Source: Felis catus
Taxonomy: Eukaryota
Direction of reading: 5' to 3'
Assembly (NCBI RefSeq): GCF_018350175.1
Contig: NC_058368.1
Span: 46,068,001-46,132,000, forward strand
DNA: 64,000 bases
The notes beneath the pieces are model-generated. The model saw nothing but the letters and a program-made list of their open reading frames with translations. It did not search any database and was not told the DNA's origin. Shown here piece after piece: positions 36,351 through 48,180 of the stretch (position 1 is its first letter; every line of letters starts with the position of its first letter). The translations under genes and the position numbers were made by a program.

Positions 36351-38820
36351 TATGAGTTGCTTCCCACAACCACCATTCTTTTTTTTTCTTCCCTAGCAAG
36401 AGAAACTCAGTTTTCAGTTGGGCATATTGTTGCCTAGAATAAAAAATTCCTAAATCTTTGGAGTTTTGCCAACCAGATTACTATGTTCTGCACAACGGTA
36501 TATAAGTGTTGGGTAGAGTAACTAGTAAAGTTCTTAAGCAAGATGATTCAAGTCAGAGGAACAAAAAAAAAAAGGTGGAGGGTTGCTTCCCACTTTGTCA
36601 GATCCATTCAATAATTTGCCTCTTGTGGTTTGTCATGTAGACATGATGGTCAGAAGTGTAGCAGACTCCTTGAGCCTTCAAGTGAATTTAGAGACAAGTA
36701 CCATTCACTGGAATGGTGCACAAAAGAGACACAGACCAGGCTTCCCGAAAGTACTTGATGGAGTCTTACCCACCTGTCCTGGACTACTTAGAATATCAAA
36801 GAGAGAAATAAATTCATGTGATGCTTAAGCAATTACTTTCTGGGTCTCCGTTACTCTCAGTCTATCACGATCCTAATTTACACAGAATTTGTTACATGGG
36901 CATGAAACATTGAAATATTGGAACCTGAAATATGCCCCTATAAAAGAATAAAATTCAACTGAGTGAATTTGAAAGATCTTTTGGGCTTTATGTAGCAATT
37001 CATGAAGAAGTAGCATCCAATCTAGCAATAGAAAGCAACTATGAAGAACCGTAGCTGGCAAGAGACTTCATAAGCAAAAGAAAACAGAACAGGGAAGTTC
37101 TCTTGGGCATTTGCTGATTGGTTAAAGCAGGGTTATCTACTTTCCTTGTATGGAGCAAAGGGGTTCCAGGAGCACAGTCAAGTATCTTAGGCTGAGGAGG
37201 CAAGTGCTGATTTGTTGATCTAGGTCTTCCTTCTCTGGGAGAGTTAAGCATAGAAGCTTCATTAAGTTTTGGTTTACTGACATGGAGCTGAGCATGAGTG
37301 TCTCCATTTGGGGCCTGATCTGGTTATTCTAACACCTCTGATAGTGTAGGCTGGGAAACTGGCAACACTTATAATTCAATGCTAAAACATTTGGTCAAAC
37401 TGCTGCCTGCCTTTCCTTGGAAAGTAGACAAAAGGCTGTCTGGAAAGCAGACTAAATGGCCTTAAGGGAAAGTGTGGGAAAATTAGAATGTTGTCTGTGC
37501 TGGCTGCTTTTTGCTGCTTTCAACAAAGTTCCAGGATTGATGAACTCAGACTCGATCCAGCTTATCTGCAGGCAGAGATGTTAAGGTGCTGTCTCTCTGT
37601 GTGGCCTACAATCTAAATGCATTAAATTCGGAGCCTTTCAGGATTTAAAAAGAAAAAAAAATAACTGCTCTATGTTCCAAACTAAAGCACTTACAAGTCT
37701 ACTCTGAAGAAGCAGTTTTACCAGGAGATAAATCACTGGCCCCAAAGCATTTAAAAAGGCCTTCCATTAATAGTTCTCAGTCAGACAATGGGAGGCCAGC
37801 TAGCAGCAAAGAGCAGATTAAGTATGTTGTCTTCCCACCCAAGTCTATTCTTTTAAGTGGTCTCAAGGTAGAATCAGGCATAAAAACTACCAGATCTGAA
37901 AGCCAAAAGAAGCTATAAACCTTGATGGCAACTGTCTGTTACTGTTAAAACTTTAATACCTGAACCTGTATTGGAAGGAAATGGGCTTTAGAATCTTTGT
38001 AGTCTCCATGAAGAGATACCTTCCACTGCCTAGATCAGAAGAAGCCCAAGGTTATGATGGGGAAGGAATAACTCTTTCAGAAGGTGGGGTCTGGAACAAG
38101 GGACCAGAGAGTACAATGGCAGAAGAGTTTCTCCAAAAGGTAGAAGTTGAAGAAATAGATAATATACCACAGAATGTATTCTACCACCAGGCTAAGGGAT
38201 TTCACCATTTGTAAGTATCAGGATTCTAACATTTTCATGAGCTAATAATGCCAGTATTTTCTACTTTACGTTTGTTCTAAATAGAATTTTTATGTCATTC
38301 TTGCCGATCCTTCTCTTTTGGGTCTATAAGAGGAAGATAAGCTGTTTTTTTAGTTTAGTAAGTCATCAAACAACAAAGAGCTGCTAGATCTAATAAAGAA
38401 TCAACAATCATCTAGAAACTGCACATTGAGCTAGATGCATGAATGGACAAGCCTCCTTGAAACCATCTGTGGCCATATGACTAAATTCCAGGTAACAAAT
38501 TATAAATGAAAGGGCTTAGTACTTAAATTTCTTCAAAAATATGGAGCACTTTCTCCTTTTCTTATGCCATCCTTAATAACTGGGATGCAGATGTGATGGT
38601 TAAAGCTCCAGGAGATACCTTAGATCAGTGAGAACCAAGACTAACAATGGCCAAGCCAAAAGGTAGCCGACAACAAGCGGTTGCTGTAACAGCTCTGGTT
38701 ATATCAGATTTATTTTATTTGAAAAAAAAAATCAGCTTCTCTTCTGTTAAGTCACTATTAGTTAGTGGTTAGTGTTTGTTTTGTATGTTTACTGTGATCA
38801 ACTTAATCCAATGAATTATT
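36351..38820 (+). mobile_element. MaLR provirus (MLT1J-like): 5' LTR 36351-36884, internal region, partial 3' LTR ~38450-38820
   Basis: Both LTRs share atgtagacatgatggtcagaag / atgcagatgtgatggttaaagc and similar 3' ends; internal region has aaaacatttggtcaaactg. Confidence 0.75.
36939..37334 (-). mobile_element. Solo LTR, probably ERV1 class, nested in the MaLR internal region
   Basis: Bounded by tataaaagaataaaattcaactgag ... ttattctaaca (degenerate TG..CA ends); tgattggtt (reverse CCAAT); flanks cccc / cctc. Confidence 0.6.
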
Positions 38821-39329
38821 CTCTTACATGTATGAAAGTGAGACTGGATGTTAGGATAATTTTTATTGAATTTTCCCCTGAGATTAAAACAATGAGGTGA
38901 GCATAGAGCATAGAGCAGTTATTATTTTTTTCTTTTTAAATCTTGAAAGGCTCCGAATTTATATATACCCTAAGAAGCTACATTCGAAGCAGTTTCAGTG
39001 CAATGGCCTAATTCAAAGTGATTGTCTTGATCATTTCTACATGTTCTTATTGTTCTAAAGGTATTTATTTTACCCAATGGCAAATATATTGTTATTAGTG
39101 TACATGTTCAAAAAATTTTGTACTTGCTTTTTAGATTTCAAATATTTTAAGTGGATACTTAACCACATTGCCCTCATGCAAAACACAGTTGCCTATGTCT
39201 ATTCTTTTCTTAGACTCTCAGAAACTTCCACATATGATATTTCTACAAAGTTTTTCTATTGCTATTTATTATGACAAATCATTCGTAATGATTATTATAG
39301 GACCTCTACTTTGGATATTCAGTCTATCA

Positions 39330-40320
39330 AGGACATCATGAAGCTGTTGCCAATCTTGGAGCCTATAAAGAGGCCCAAGAAAGCAACACAGTACACTTAG
39401 GTCCTCCATGGAAATAGCTGCTGTACCTAGATTGGCCACAACTGCTCATATTTACTACCAGTTTGTGATGGCAAGAGAAAAAAGAGCTTCAACGCTGAGG
39501 GACCAAATCTAAAAGGGATCTTCTCAGATATGCACCCCTTAGATCTGGCATCTGGGTGTTTGGATGCACTGGCCAGCCAGGAAATAAAAATTGTCTACAG
39601 GTCCTAAATTCTGAAGTCATACCCTGGACCATGTGAGAGATGACCAGATGCTCCCACTCCCCATGGTCAAAATCACTTCACATATCATCAGAAGCCCTTA
39701 GAAACCAGCTGTATGTCTTTGGTGGAGGAGAATGAGACACCCAGTCCCTGAAGGATTGAAGTTATATATGTTTGATGCAAACACTATGATCTCACCCAAA
39801 GGTCCATAAGAAAAAAATTTTTTCCTGAGATAATCACATTATGATGACAGTAGGGACAAAGCTCTTCCAACTATGGGAGCTCATGAGGTGAAAAATTCTA
39901 TGATGACCTCCACTGCACTGGTGTCTGTGACAAGGGATTGTAGAAGTTGAGTCCCACTGGGACATTCCCATAGGATGTGCCACACAATTAGATGAGGTTG
40001 TGGAGAAACATGTGTGTATCATTGTAAAATGGCTCTCACAGGAGCACTGCACAGAATATACCAACATTACACAGAAAAGCACTGGATACTGCTTAAATTT
40101 GACATCCATCCCCTCTCTCATATGACTGGACTACCCTATGTGTATTACTCCAGGCTGATGATTTCTATATCTGAGAAAGAGGAGTCAATTTCTGTCACTG
40201 TCAACTGTGAAACTGAGAAAGGTGATTTTGCTGATGAACCAAGGCTGTGACCCACATGAATAAAATCAGACTGGTACACAGCTTTGTTTTGTGTTTGGTG
40301 GGATAAAGAAGGGGAAATCT
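39330..40320 (+). mobile_element. ERVL-class internal remnant (decayed gag/pol)
   Basis: Degenerate similarity to ERVL pol/RNase H DNA at 39950-40140; purine tract aaagaaggggaaa immediately before the LTR. Confidence 0.5.
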
Positions 40321-40710
40321 ATAATGATCACATTATGATTATAGTTGACTAATAAGACCTATATTTTATTAAAGAAAAAAAAAAGCCTCCGTAAAAAGAG
40401 CTGCCTCACCCAAAGTTAAAAATCTCTTCCCTAAGGCCATCCTCATCGAGTGAGTAATTAAAGTTGTGGTACGAAGGCTTGGTCCGCTTCCTTAAATTTG
40501 GAATAATTCTGAAGGGCCATCACACCTCTCATTCCCTATGTGTGTTGTGCTGAGAGAGCCTGCATACATCACAGTTTAGCTTCTCCTACTGCCCAGTCCT
40601 GCTTTCCTTCCTCCTTCGTGTGCTTTTCATCCCAAGAACATTTCCCAATAAACTTCCTGAATGTGAATCTCTGGCTCTGAGTCTATCTTCGTGGAAATAC
40701 TAAATTAGAT
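40320..40710 (+). mobile_element. LTR16A-like ERVL LTR
   Basis: gaagggccatc...catcacagtttagcttctcctactgcccagtcctgcttt...cccaataaacttcctg...aatctctggctctgagtct. Confidence 0.8.
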
Positions 40711-40884
40711 ATTACTTATATATTCAGATTAATGTAATTACATATCTTTGTCAAATTTATGACTACAGTATATACTTCCTGTATTAGGGAATGGGATTAG
40801 AATTTATCAGTTTAGCATTATGGAAATGTTAGTCATTGACATAAACCCTCAAGACTAGTACATAGAAAAGAACCAGAGAAGATC

Positions 40885-41277
40885 AAACTATCAGATTTAT
40901 ATTGTTGTATAACAAAGCACCCTACATTTATTGATTTTAAAGTGCAATCATTTTATTTATCATGATTCTATGGCTGGGCAGCCTTTCTGCAAACTCTTGT
41001 CATTATATTGAGTTGACACATCAGGTAGGATCTGAGCTCCAGGTAGGATGGCTGGACTTCTTTCTCCACATAGCCTTGAGAAGGCTATATTGGTCTTTAC
41101 ATGGTGATCTCAGGAAAACATTCCAACAAGGTAACCCCCATGCAAAAGTGCTTATCAAAATAGATTTGGTTCACCTTTGCTGATGTCTCATTGGTCAGAG
41201 CAAGTAACATGGCCAAGGCCAGATTTAATGTGGAATGGGATTGCACAAGGGCACAGGTTCAGTGAGGTATGGTTGCT

Positions 41278-41280
<3 letters not shown>
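40885..41280 (-). mobile_element. MaLR LTR (MLT1G/H-like)
   Basis: attgttgtataacaaagcaccc...tttgctgatgtctcattggtcagagcaagtaacatggccaaggccaga. Confidence 0.8.
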
Positions 41281-41332
<52 letters not shown>

Positions 41333-41345
41333 CACCTGCCCACCA

Positions 41346-41383
<38 letters not shown>
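41281..41383. repeat. Compound (TC)n and (GT)n microsatellite
   Basis: (TC)n at 41281-41326, (GT)n at 41348-41383. Confidence 0.98.
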
Positions 41384-41385
<2 letters not shown>

Positions 41386-41389
41386 ATGT

Positions 41390-41640
41390 TAACCTTTATA
41401 CAGTGCTTATTATATGGCTTTGCTAGTTTTAAGTTATACAGACACATTCATTCACACACTCATTTGGTAGCCAAATATAATCTTAAGAAGTTGAAACTAT
41501 TATTATCCCTGTTTTACTGATGAAGAAATTGAGGTATGTACAAGTAAGCAGCTTGCTTAAGGGCATAGAGCGAAGAAGAGGAGAAAATGGGATTTGAATC
41601 CTGGTGGTTTCACTCTAAAGATCATGTTCTCATCTATATG
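41390..41640 (-). mobile_element. MIR
   Basis: actattattatccctgttttactgatgaagaaattgagg...gggatttgaatcctgg. Confidence 0.85.
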
Positions 41641-41939
41641 GCAATTTTCTACCTCTGTTCCACATCTTTATTTTTTCTCCACCGGGGATCGGGTGGGATA
41701 GGTAGTAGTGTACTGGTCAGTTGGAAGACGGAAGTAATTTTAGAGATTATCAAGCACTTTGCTTTATAGATAATTTGGGGGCCTAGAAATAGGAGACAAC
41801 TTTCCTCAAAGCATGCAACTATTAAAACTAAAGTCCTTTACATTATGTGGCATAACCTTTCCATCTATGTCAGCATATTGTAAAAGGTTTGGAATATTCA
41901 ATTTTTAAAACTACACTTGAGCGTGCATGGACTCAGCCT

Positions 41940-42312
41940 CTGCCAAATCATGAAAGGTAAAGATGGATTCCTTTCACCAAATTAAAGAGCAACAGGACTA
42001 GAGGATGCCCAATGTAGCATAAAAGATAAAAGGGATTTATGCTTTGTACTTTACACAGTTGGTAGTAAACATATGCAAGTCATTACCCCAGAAGGTTATA
42101 TAGTCTGAAAATATAAATAGGTTCAGGAAAGGCTTAGATAAATTCATGAACTGAGTTTATAATGGGTTACCAAAAGGAAGTTAGGGATCACAGACTCCCC
42201 GAGGTTCGGCTGTGGAGGGCAACTAGCATGTTTTCCTGAAAAACATCAAAGAAACTATGCCGGATCCCTAGAGTTGATGTGACTCAGTATGACAGTTATA
42301 TTCCCATATTCT
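41940..42312 (+). mobile_element. CR1/L3-clade LINE 3' end
   Basis: 41994 RTRG; 42047-42148 translates YFTQLVVNICKSLPQKVI*SENINRFRKGLDKFM, matching the CR1 ORF2 C-terminus; CR1-like tail tgactcagtatgacagttatattcccatattct. Confidence 0.85.
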
Positions 42313-43789
42313 TTCTATATGATCCCCGGTCCATGTAATGGTATTTATTTAAAGACATGGCTAGTCTTCATTCATTTATTGTACAAACATTTCAGAAAAA
42401 TCACTCCTTTCCTCCTCCATCAACAAACGAACAATGCAATTTCTTTCACAGATGCTTTATAATATCATGGATATTTATTTTCTCTTCTTTTTTCTGACTT
42501 CTTTCCACTATCCCATTTTTTATATCAAACTCTTTGCTCTCTTTCCTCTTTCAGCTCTCTTAAAATTGTTTCCTTTACCTCGCTTTCATCTTTATTATTT
42601 TCCTCTTCCCAACCCTTTCATCTCTTTCTAGCCATTTACCTTCAACCCTCTCTTTAAACTTTATGCTACAGGAGATATATGTCAGTAATCTGTTTTTGAC
42701 TAACCCTCATCCTTTATTATTATGAAATAAGAACATGATCCAGTCAAATCCCAAAGTGAATAAAAACAACCTTAGAAAAATTGTAAATATTATAATAAAA
42801 TAAATACAGGAGGACAACAGCAAGCACATATGCCAATCCCCCACTAATACAAGCAATTTCTATTGTGATACCATGAAAAATGCTCCAAAACAGTAGATCT
42901 AAAGTGGTCGTTACATTAAATGATGTTTGAAGTAAATCCTTGTAGAAAATATTGGTTTTGTTTATTAAGAAAGAGACATTTGCATGATGAAATTTATCTA
43001 ATAGTGTCTCTGCTACCAAATATGTAAATCAGTGAGAGACACTGGTTTTGCCTCAAAATTGCGGCTCTAGAGACAGTTTATTTTCTTTTCAAAATACGTT
43101 AGTAATTTGAAGTGCCTATTAGACTAAAGTTACTTATTATGACTTTTAAAACAAAATCTATAATAATTTCTGAGATATTTAATTTCTCAAAAGTATACTA
43201 AAGGTCTATTTTCTATCTATATTACTTTGTATCCTTTATATATGTGTGATACATCCAAAAATATTATGCAAAGAAAAGTAAATATTTGAAAAATTTGAGT
43301 CTGATTCAAAGTAGTCCAAACATACTTTACCATTTTGTTGAATTAAAATTCTAGTAATAAGCTATTAATAAGTTTACTTTCTCAGTAATTTTCTATTGCT
43401 ACAATAAATGTTGTAATATATACTGGTGACACATACAAAAATCTTCTACATCTTGGTTTAAGAATGGTAATGATTGCTTTTTATGCATACACACTTTCAT
43501 TTTTCTGGTACATATTTGCTATTTTAATAGGTATTACCATTATTTAATTATTCTGCAAACATTTAGTGCCTTATGTATTCTAAACTGCCCTTTCCTTCAA
43601 TGGCTACATCACCTGGATATTCAATTCCAGTATCACAGCCACTGATGTCAACATTCTGTTTTACTAGTTCCATCAATTTCCTATAACTCCTCTTCAATCC
43701 TATCATAGAGGACATTCGGATTTTCCCTACCTTATTGTTCCATGCTTTGTCAAATTCAAAAAGAAAACACTCTCTTGCAACTGAGACAC

Positions 43790-44160
43790 CGGCATGATAC
43801 CTAAACTCTGTTAAATTAGAAGCATGATGTAGAAACGGTGCCTCCTGGAATCTATTCTATTGAGTATGCTGGCAGAGGAATCGAGCTTCCACAGCAAAAT
43901 GACAGTCCTAAGGAGCAGGGCACAGTGCCCAGCGTCGGCAATGCTGTCTGCGGGGTCTGTGACAAAAAAAAACATGCAGTAGGGTTTCTGCTGAAGCCAT
44001 TCTTCAATATAATTTATGTCTTTCTGATAGGGCAGCCTTCAAGTCTGATCTTCTGGCTCTGAAAGAGTTCAGTGAATTTTCTAATAAACTTTATTATATT
44101 ATTTCCTTCTTATACTAGCTAAAATGGATTTTACTCCTTCAAGGTAAGGATTTTATCTAA
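43790..44160 (+). mobile_element. ERVL/MaLR-type LTR fragment (family not resolved)
   Basis: LTR-like end: aataaac...ttccttcttatactagctaaaatggattttact...aaggattttatctaata. Confidence 0.5.
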
Positions 44161-44469
44161 TAAACTGATCAATAACTTGAGTCCTTTAAGGATGGTATGA
44201 GTATTTTCTGGATATTTTTTCCCTTCAAAGACTATAGTCTATCAACTATTCGTCTCAACTGCATCCTTATTCTACTTTTATACTCACTGTGTAAATCCAA
44301 ACCATGAATCAATCTAAGCATCTGACTTCTCCACTCCAAAACCTGGGTTGATGAACATGGCCAAAAAAACTCACTCAATCATTTGGAAGTGTTTATATTT
44401 ACAAAGAAAAAAATAGCTGAAATATCCAAGTTATGTGGTGTATGGACAAAGCTAGTTGTCACAGATGTA

Positions 44470-44910
44470 GGTAGGTAGATATAGATGGATGGATAGCTAG
44501 ATAACAGATAACCTTTTTTTTTAACACCCACTCCTGCCTCTGTGGGAGGATACGATAGAGGCTGGAAAGTACATTTCTCTGACTTGAATGCCCCTGGCAT
44601 CCAGATGTGGTTGAAATTTCACTGATCAAATACATTTGTTCAAATTGTTCTTAGGGAAGAGAGAATGTGAGGGAAACAACTTTCCTTTGCTGGTGCATAT
44701 TGTTTAGAAGATTTCCTAATGTGACGGTTTCCTGACTTAGAGGCGGCGGGAGCTTTCCCAATCACACTGAAGCAGGGATATTGCAAGAAATTGGAGCTAT
44801 TTGTGGAGCCCATTCTTCTAGTCTCTCAAAAAATTCCAGGTTATAAAGTATTTATGTCTTCAATAGATACAGTGGTTTCTATAGTGTGGAACTGAACCCT
44901 ACCCAATATC
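44470..44910 (+). mobile_element. ERVL/MaLR-type LTR (family not resolved)
   Basis: gaggctggaaagtacatttctctgact...cagatgtggtt; ends agtggtttct...aactgaaccctacccaata. Confidence 0.5.
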
Positions 44911-45062
44911 GTGTATTTGTGTGAAGTACAGTGTTCTGGAACCCTACACATCTATTCATGTTTTCTTGGGGACTGGTGACAAAGATAATAATCCAGTTGG
45001 AGAAGTTCCACTCTTCATTTATTCTGATAATCCATTAGATTATTTTTTAAACAAACTGTCCT

Positions 45063-45281
45063 GGGGCGCCTGGGTGGCGCAGTCGGTTAAGCGTCCGACT
45101 TCAGCCAGGTCACGATCTCGCGGTCCGTGAGTTCGAGCCCCGCGTCAGGCTCTGGGCTGATGGCTCGGAGCCTGGAGCCTGTTTCCGATTCTGTGTCTCC
45201 CTCTCTCTCTGCCCCTCCCCCGTTCATGCTCTGTCTCTCTCTGTCCCAAAAATAAATAAACGTTGAAAAAAAAATTAAATG
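45063..45281 (+). mobile_element. Young SINEC_Fc
   Basis: CpG-intact; perfect 15-bp TSD taaacaaactgtcct (45048-45062, 45282-45296). Confidence 0.98.
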
Positions 45282-45379
45282 TAAACAAACTGTCCTATTT
45301 TTAAAGGAAATAATAAAGTATAAAAATCACTGGCATTCTTGCGGTTAATTTTATGCAATTTGAATAATTATCTTAATTA

Positions 45380-47623
45380 CCACATCAAGTCCCACTAAAG
45401 TGGCAGTAAAATTATTATTTAAAAAGCATAAATGTGCAAACTCAGAAAAGAACGGAGGAGACACAATCAAATAGTTAAGAGACTTCAATATTCTGGAAAA
45501 TTGAGAGTGGGAAAGTACATGAGTGAATGGCAACTGATTCTAACGAAGATAAGAACGCTGGTGCATAAGGAACAAGTTGCACCATGATTTACACTGCAGA
45601 ATCCTGAGAGGCCCAGATGTTGCAGATAGCAGGTGTCTATGAAAGTAGAGTGTAGGGACTGAATCAAACACAGGGAGGTAGGTCACAAATCTGAACAAAC
45701 CTCCACCAGGTGTTCTCCCTTACTTAGAATAGCAAGATGACTACCTGGAAAAATTAATCCTGGGGAAAAAAAAATCCTGGGAAAAATTAATCAACGAAGC
45801 TCAGGTTATAGGAAAACCTGGCAGAGTCGAACCCAGGAGTGAGGTATGATATTGAAAATAAAGGTGCTGAGGGAAAGTATACTCTTCAAATAGTGAGATC
45901 TCTGCTTCCTATTCCTACTCCATCTCCAGAAAGCTAGATGCTGCATGCTAGACATATTATGCCAAGCAGGCAGGAGTCTAAGAATTCCACTTGGTGAAGT
46001 TGCCTGGTCCAGGGAAGGAGACTGACAGACTTCCCAGTGAAATGCTCCACCTTTTGCTCTTCTGATGAAGCCCACCATTCAGCAATCTCACTCATACTTG
46101 ATCTAGTACTCATCTGTTTAGTTCTGTACTTGCTTATGAATCATCAGCCAAAGCTCATTGGACATTTGAAGAAAATCTCTAACATGAAAGATGATGACCA
46201 AAATAAACAAGAAACAAACTAATTAAGGACATAATGCAAGAAGAATAAAATCTTTACCAACTACTGATTTTTGAGAAAGATAGGAGATGTAAGTGTAAAC
46301 AAGAAGAGGTTAGTATAAAAGGGAAAAAAAAGCATGTGTTCAAGGAGAGACTCTTGGTAATTAGAGAATATAATCATAGTAAACCTTGAAAAATTCTATT
46401 GAAGTTTTAACAGAAAATTTGTGGGAGTTTCCCCCAAGATGATAAAAATAATTAAAAAAAAGAAAGTAAAAAGATAGGAATACCTGAAACAGCTGAAAAA
46501 TTGTTATCAGTGCACTGTTGTCAACAAAATGCAAAAAAAAAATTTCTAAAGCATAAGATTTCTAATTTGGAAAGCCTCACTAGTCAGACAAAATAATGAA
46601 AAAAATGCATGTTAAGACATAGGATTGGAAAACATTACAGCAATGACAACAATAAAAGTTGAATCTAAAAGCTTCCATGATTAAGGAGTGGGTATTTGGG
46701 ATAAAAACAAACAAAACACTATAAATTTTCAGTAATCAAATCGCATTAAACTCATTAATGACAATATGGCACTAAAAGATAATGAAAATGCCATTGATAC
46801 ATCTACACAGAATTGTCTCTAATAGAAACATTATCATTCAAATATGAGGTTAAAAATTATTTTCAAACCAGTGTGTTCTTAAAACAAGACTTCAAAATTC
46901 TAGTACACTCTTTTCAAGAAGCTTGGCAATGTATTTCTCTAAAACAAGAGGGAAACAAAGAAAGAGGAAACAAAGCCTCCAATCAAGACAGGCATTAGGA
47001 TTTCCTGGTGAAAGAGATACCTGGACAGACAGCTGACAAGCTCTAGCCAGCACACCTGGACAGCAACAGATGCCGAGAAGAACATCATATAGGGACAGAC
47101 ACACAAGAAAATAATAAATACCTTATGTGTTTTATCACATATAAAGGACTTTTTCAGTTATTTTGTATAACGTAGGGATGAATTATTCATGTTCCAGAAT
47201 ACCATCAAATTAGAAGATGAGGCACTTGTTAACTCCAGAAAACAAAATTCGGTGTATGGAAGTTCATTTATTAGTTGTGTATTCCATGACTCACGTGCAA
47301 ACAATACTAGACAGTCATGAAAGTAAGCACTGAATATTGATTTACCTCATTTTTAAAACATAATTGTACAATGCAGATGTGCAAGGGGTGGCATGTGAGT
47401 AGGTAGGGGAAGATAAGAGAGCTAAATCATCATCTGCTATGTTAGCAACTGGATAACCTTAAACTGAAAAATATATATAAAATAGCATTACAAATTCATT
47501 ATTTGGAAATGTGGAGCTTAATATCTGAAAAAGCAAGCAGAAATGTTAAAAGTGATTTTCTTGGGGAGATGGAAACGGGGGAAGTGTGGGATGGTAGATT
47601 GCTGTTTTACTGCCTGCCTTTTG

Positions 47624-47625
<2 letters not shown>
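45380..47625 (+). mobile_element. HAL1 (half-L1, ORF1-only element), long remnant
   Basis: cagccaaagctcattggacatttgaagaaaatctctaacatgaaaga...ctcttggtaattaga matches my recall of the HAL1 ORF start; no ORF2 follows; HAL1-like 3' end at ~47500-47625. Confidence 0.75.
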
Positions 47626-47626
<1 letters not shown>

Positions 47627-47667
<41 letters not shown>

Positions 47668-47870
47668 CTATGTGGATATTTGTAAGTATATATATCTATC
47701 TATATATACATATATAGATAGATATATCTATCTCTATCTATATATACATATAGATAGATATAGATATATGTATATTTACATATATACATATAACATATTA
47801 TTACATATATACACATATATATTTAATAAATATACAAGTAAATATATAGACAATAAAAAATATAGACAGT
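47627..47870. repeat. (TG)n plus TA/TAGA low-complexity tract
   Basis: Directly visible. Confidence 0.95.
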
Positions 47871-47889
47871 AAAAGACCATAAAAACAAA

Positions 47890-48030
47890 TTTAGGTAGAT
47901 ACTGTTATCCCCATTTTGCATAGGAGAGACTTGGAGAAGTCAAAACCTTAGCTAAATATTTGGCAAAGCCAGGATATATACTCAAGCTTTCCTAAGTCTA
48001 GGGCCATTTACCCCTCCCACATTACACATA
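47890..48030 (-). mobile_element. MIR
   Basis: aggtagatactgttatccccattttgcataggagagac...ggcaaagccagga. Confidence 0.7.
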
Positions 48031-48135
48031 CTCCTTCAAAATAATGAGTATCTCTTTCCCGATTTCCAGTTTTGGGCTTGGAGTCCAAGTTGAAAGCATA
48101 TTTGCTTAGTGTTTTCTCAGGAACCTGAGCTAAGT

Positions 48136-48137
<2 letters not shown>

Positions 48138-48178
<41 letters not shown>
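48138..48178. repeat. (CA)n microsatellite (~20 units)
   Basis: Directly visible. Confidence 0.98.
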
Positions 48179-48180
<2 letters not shown>

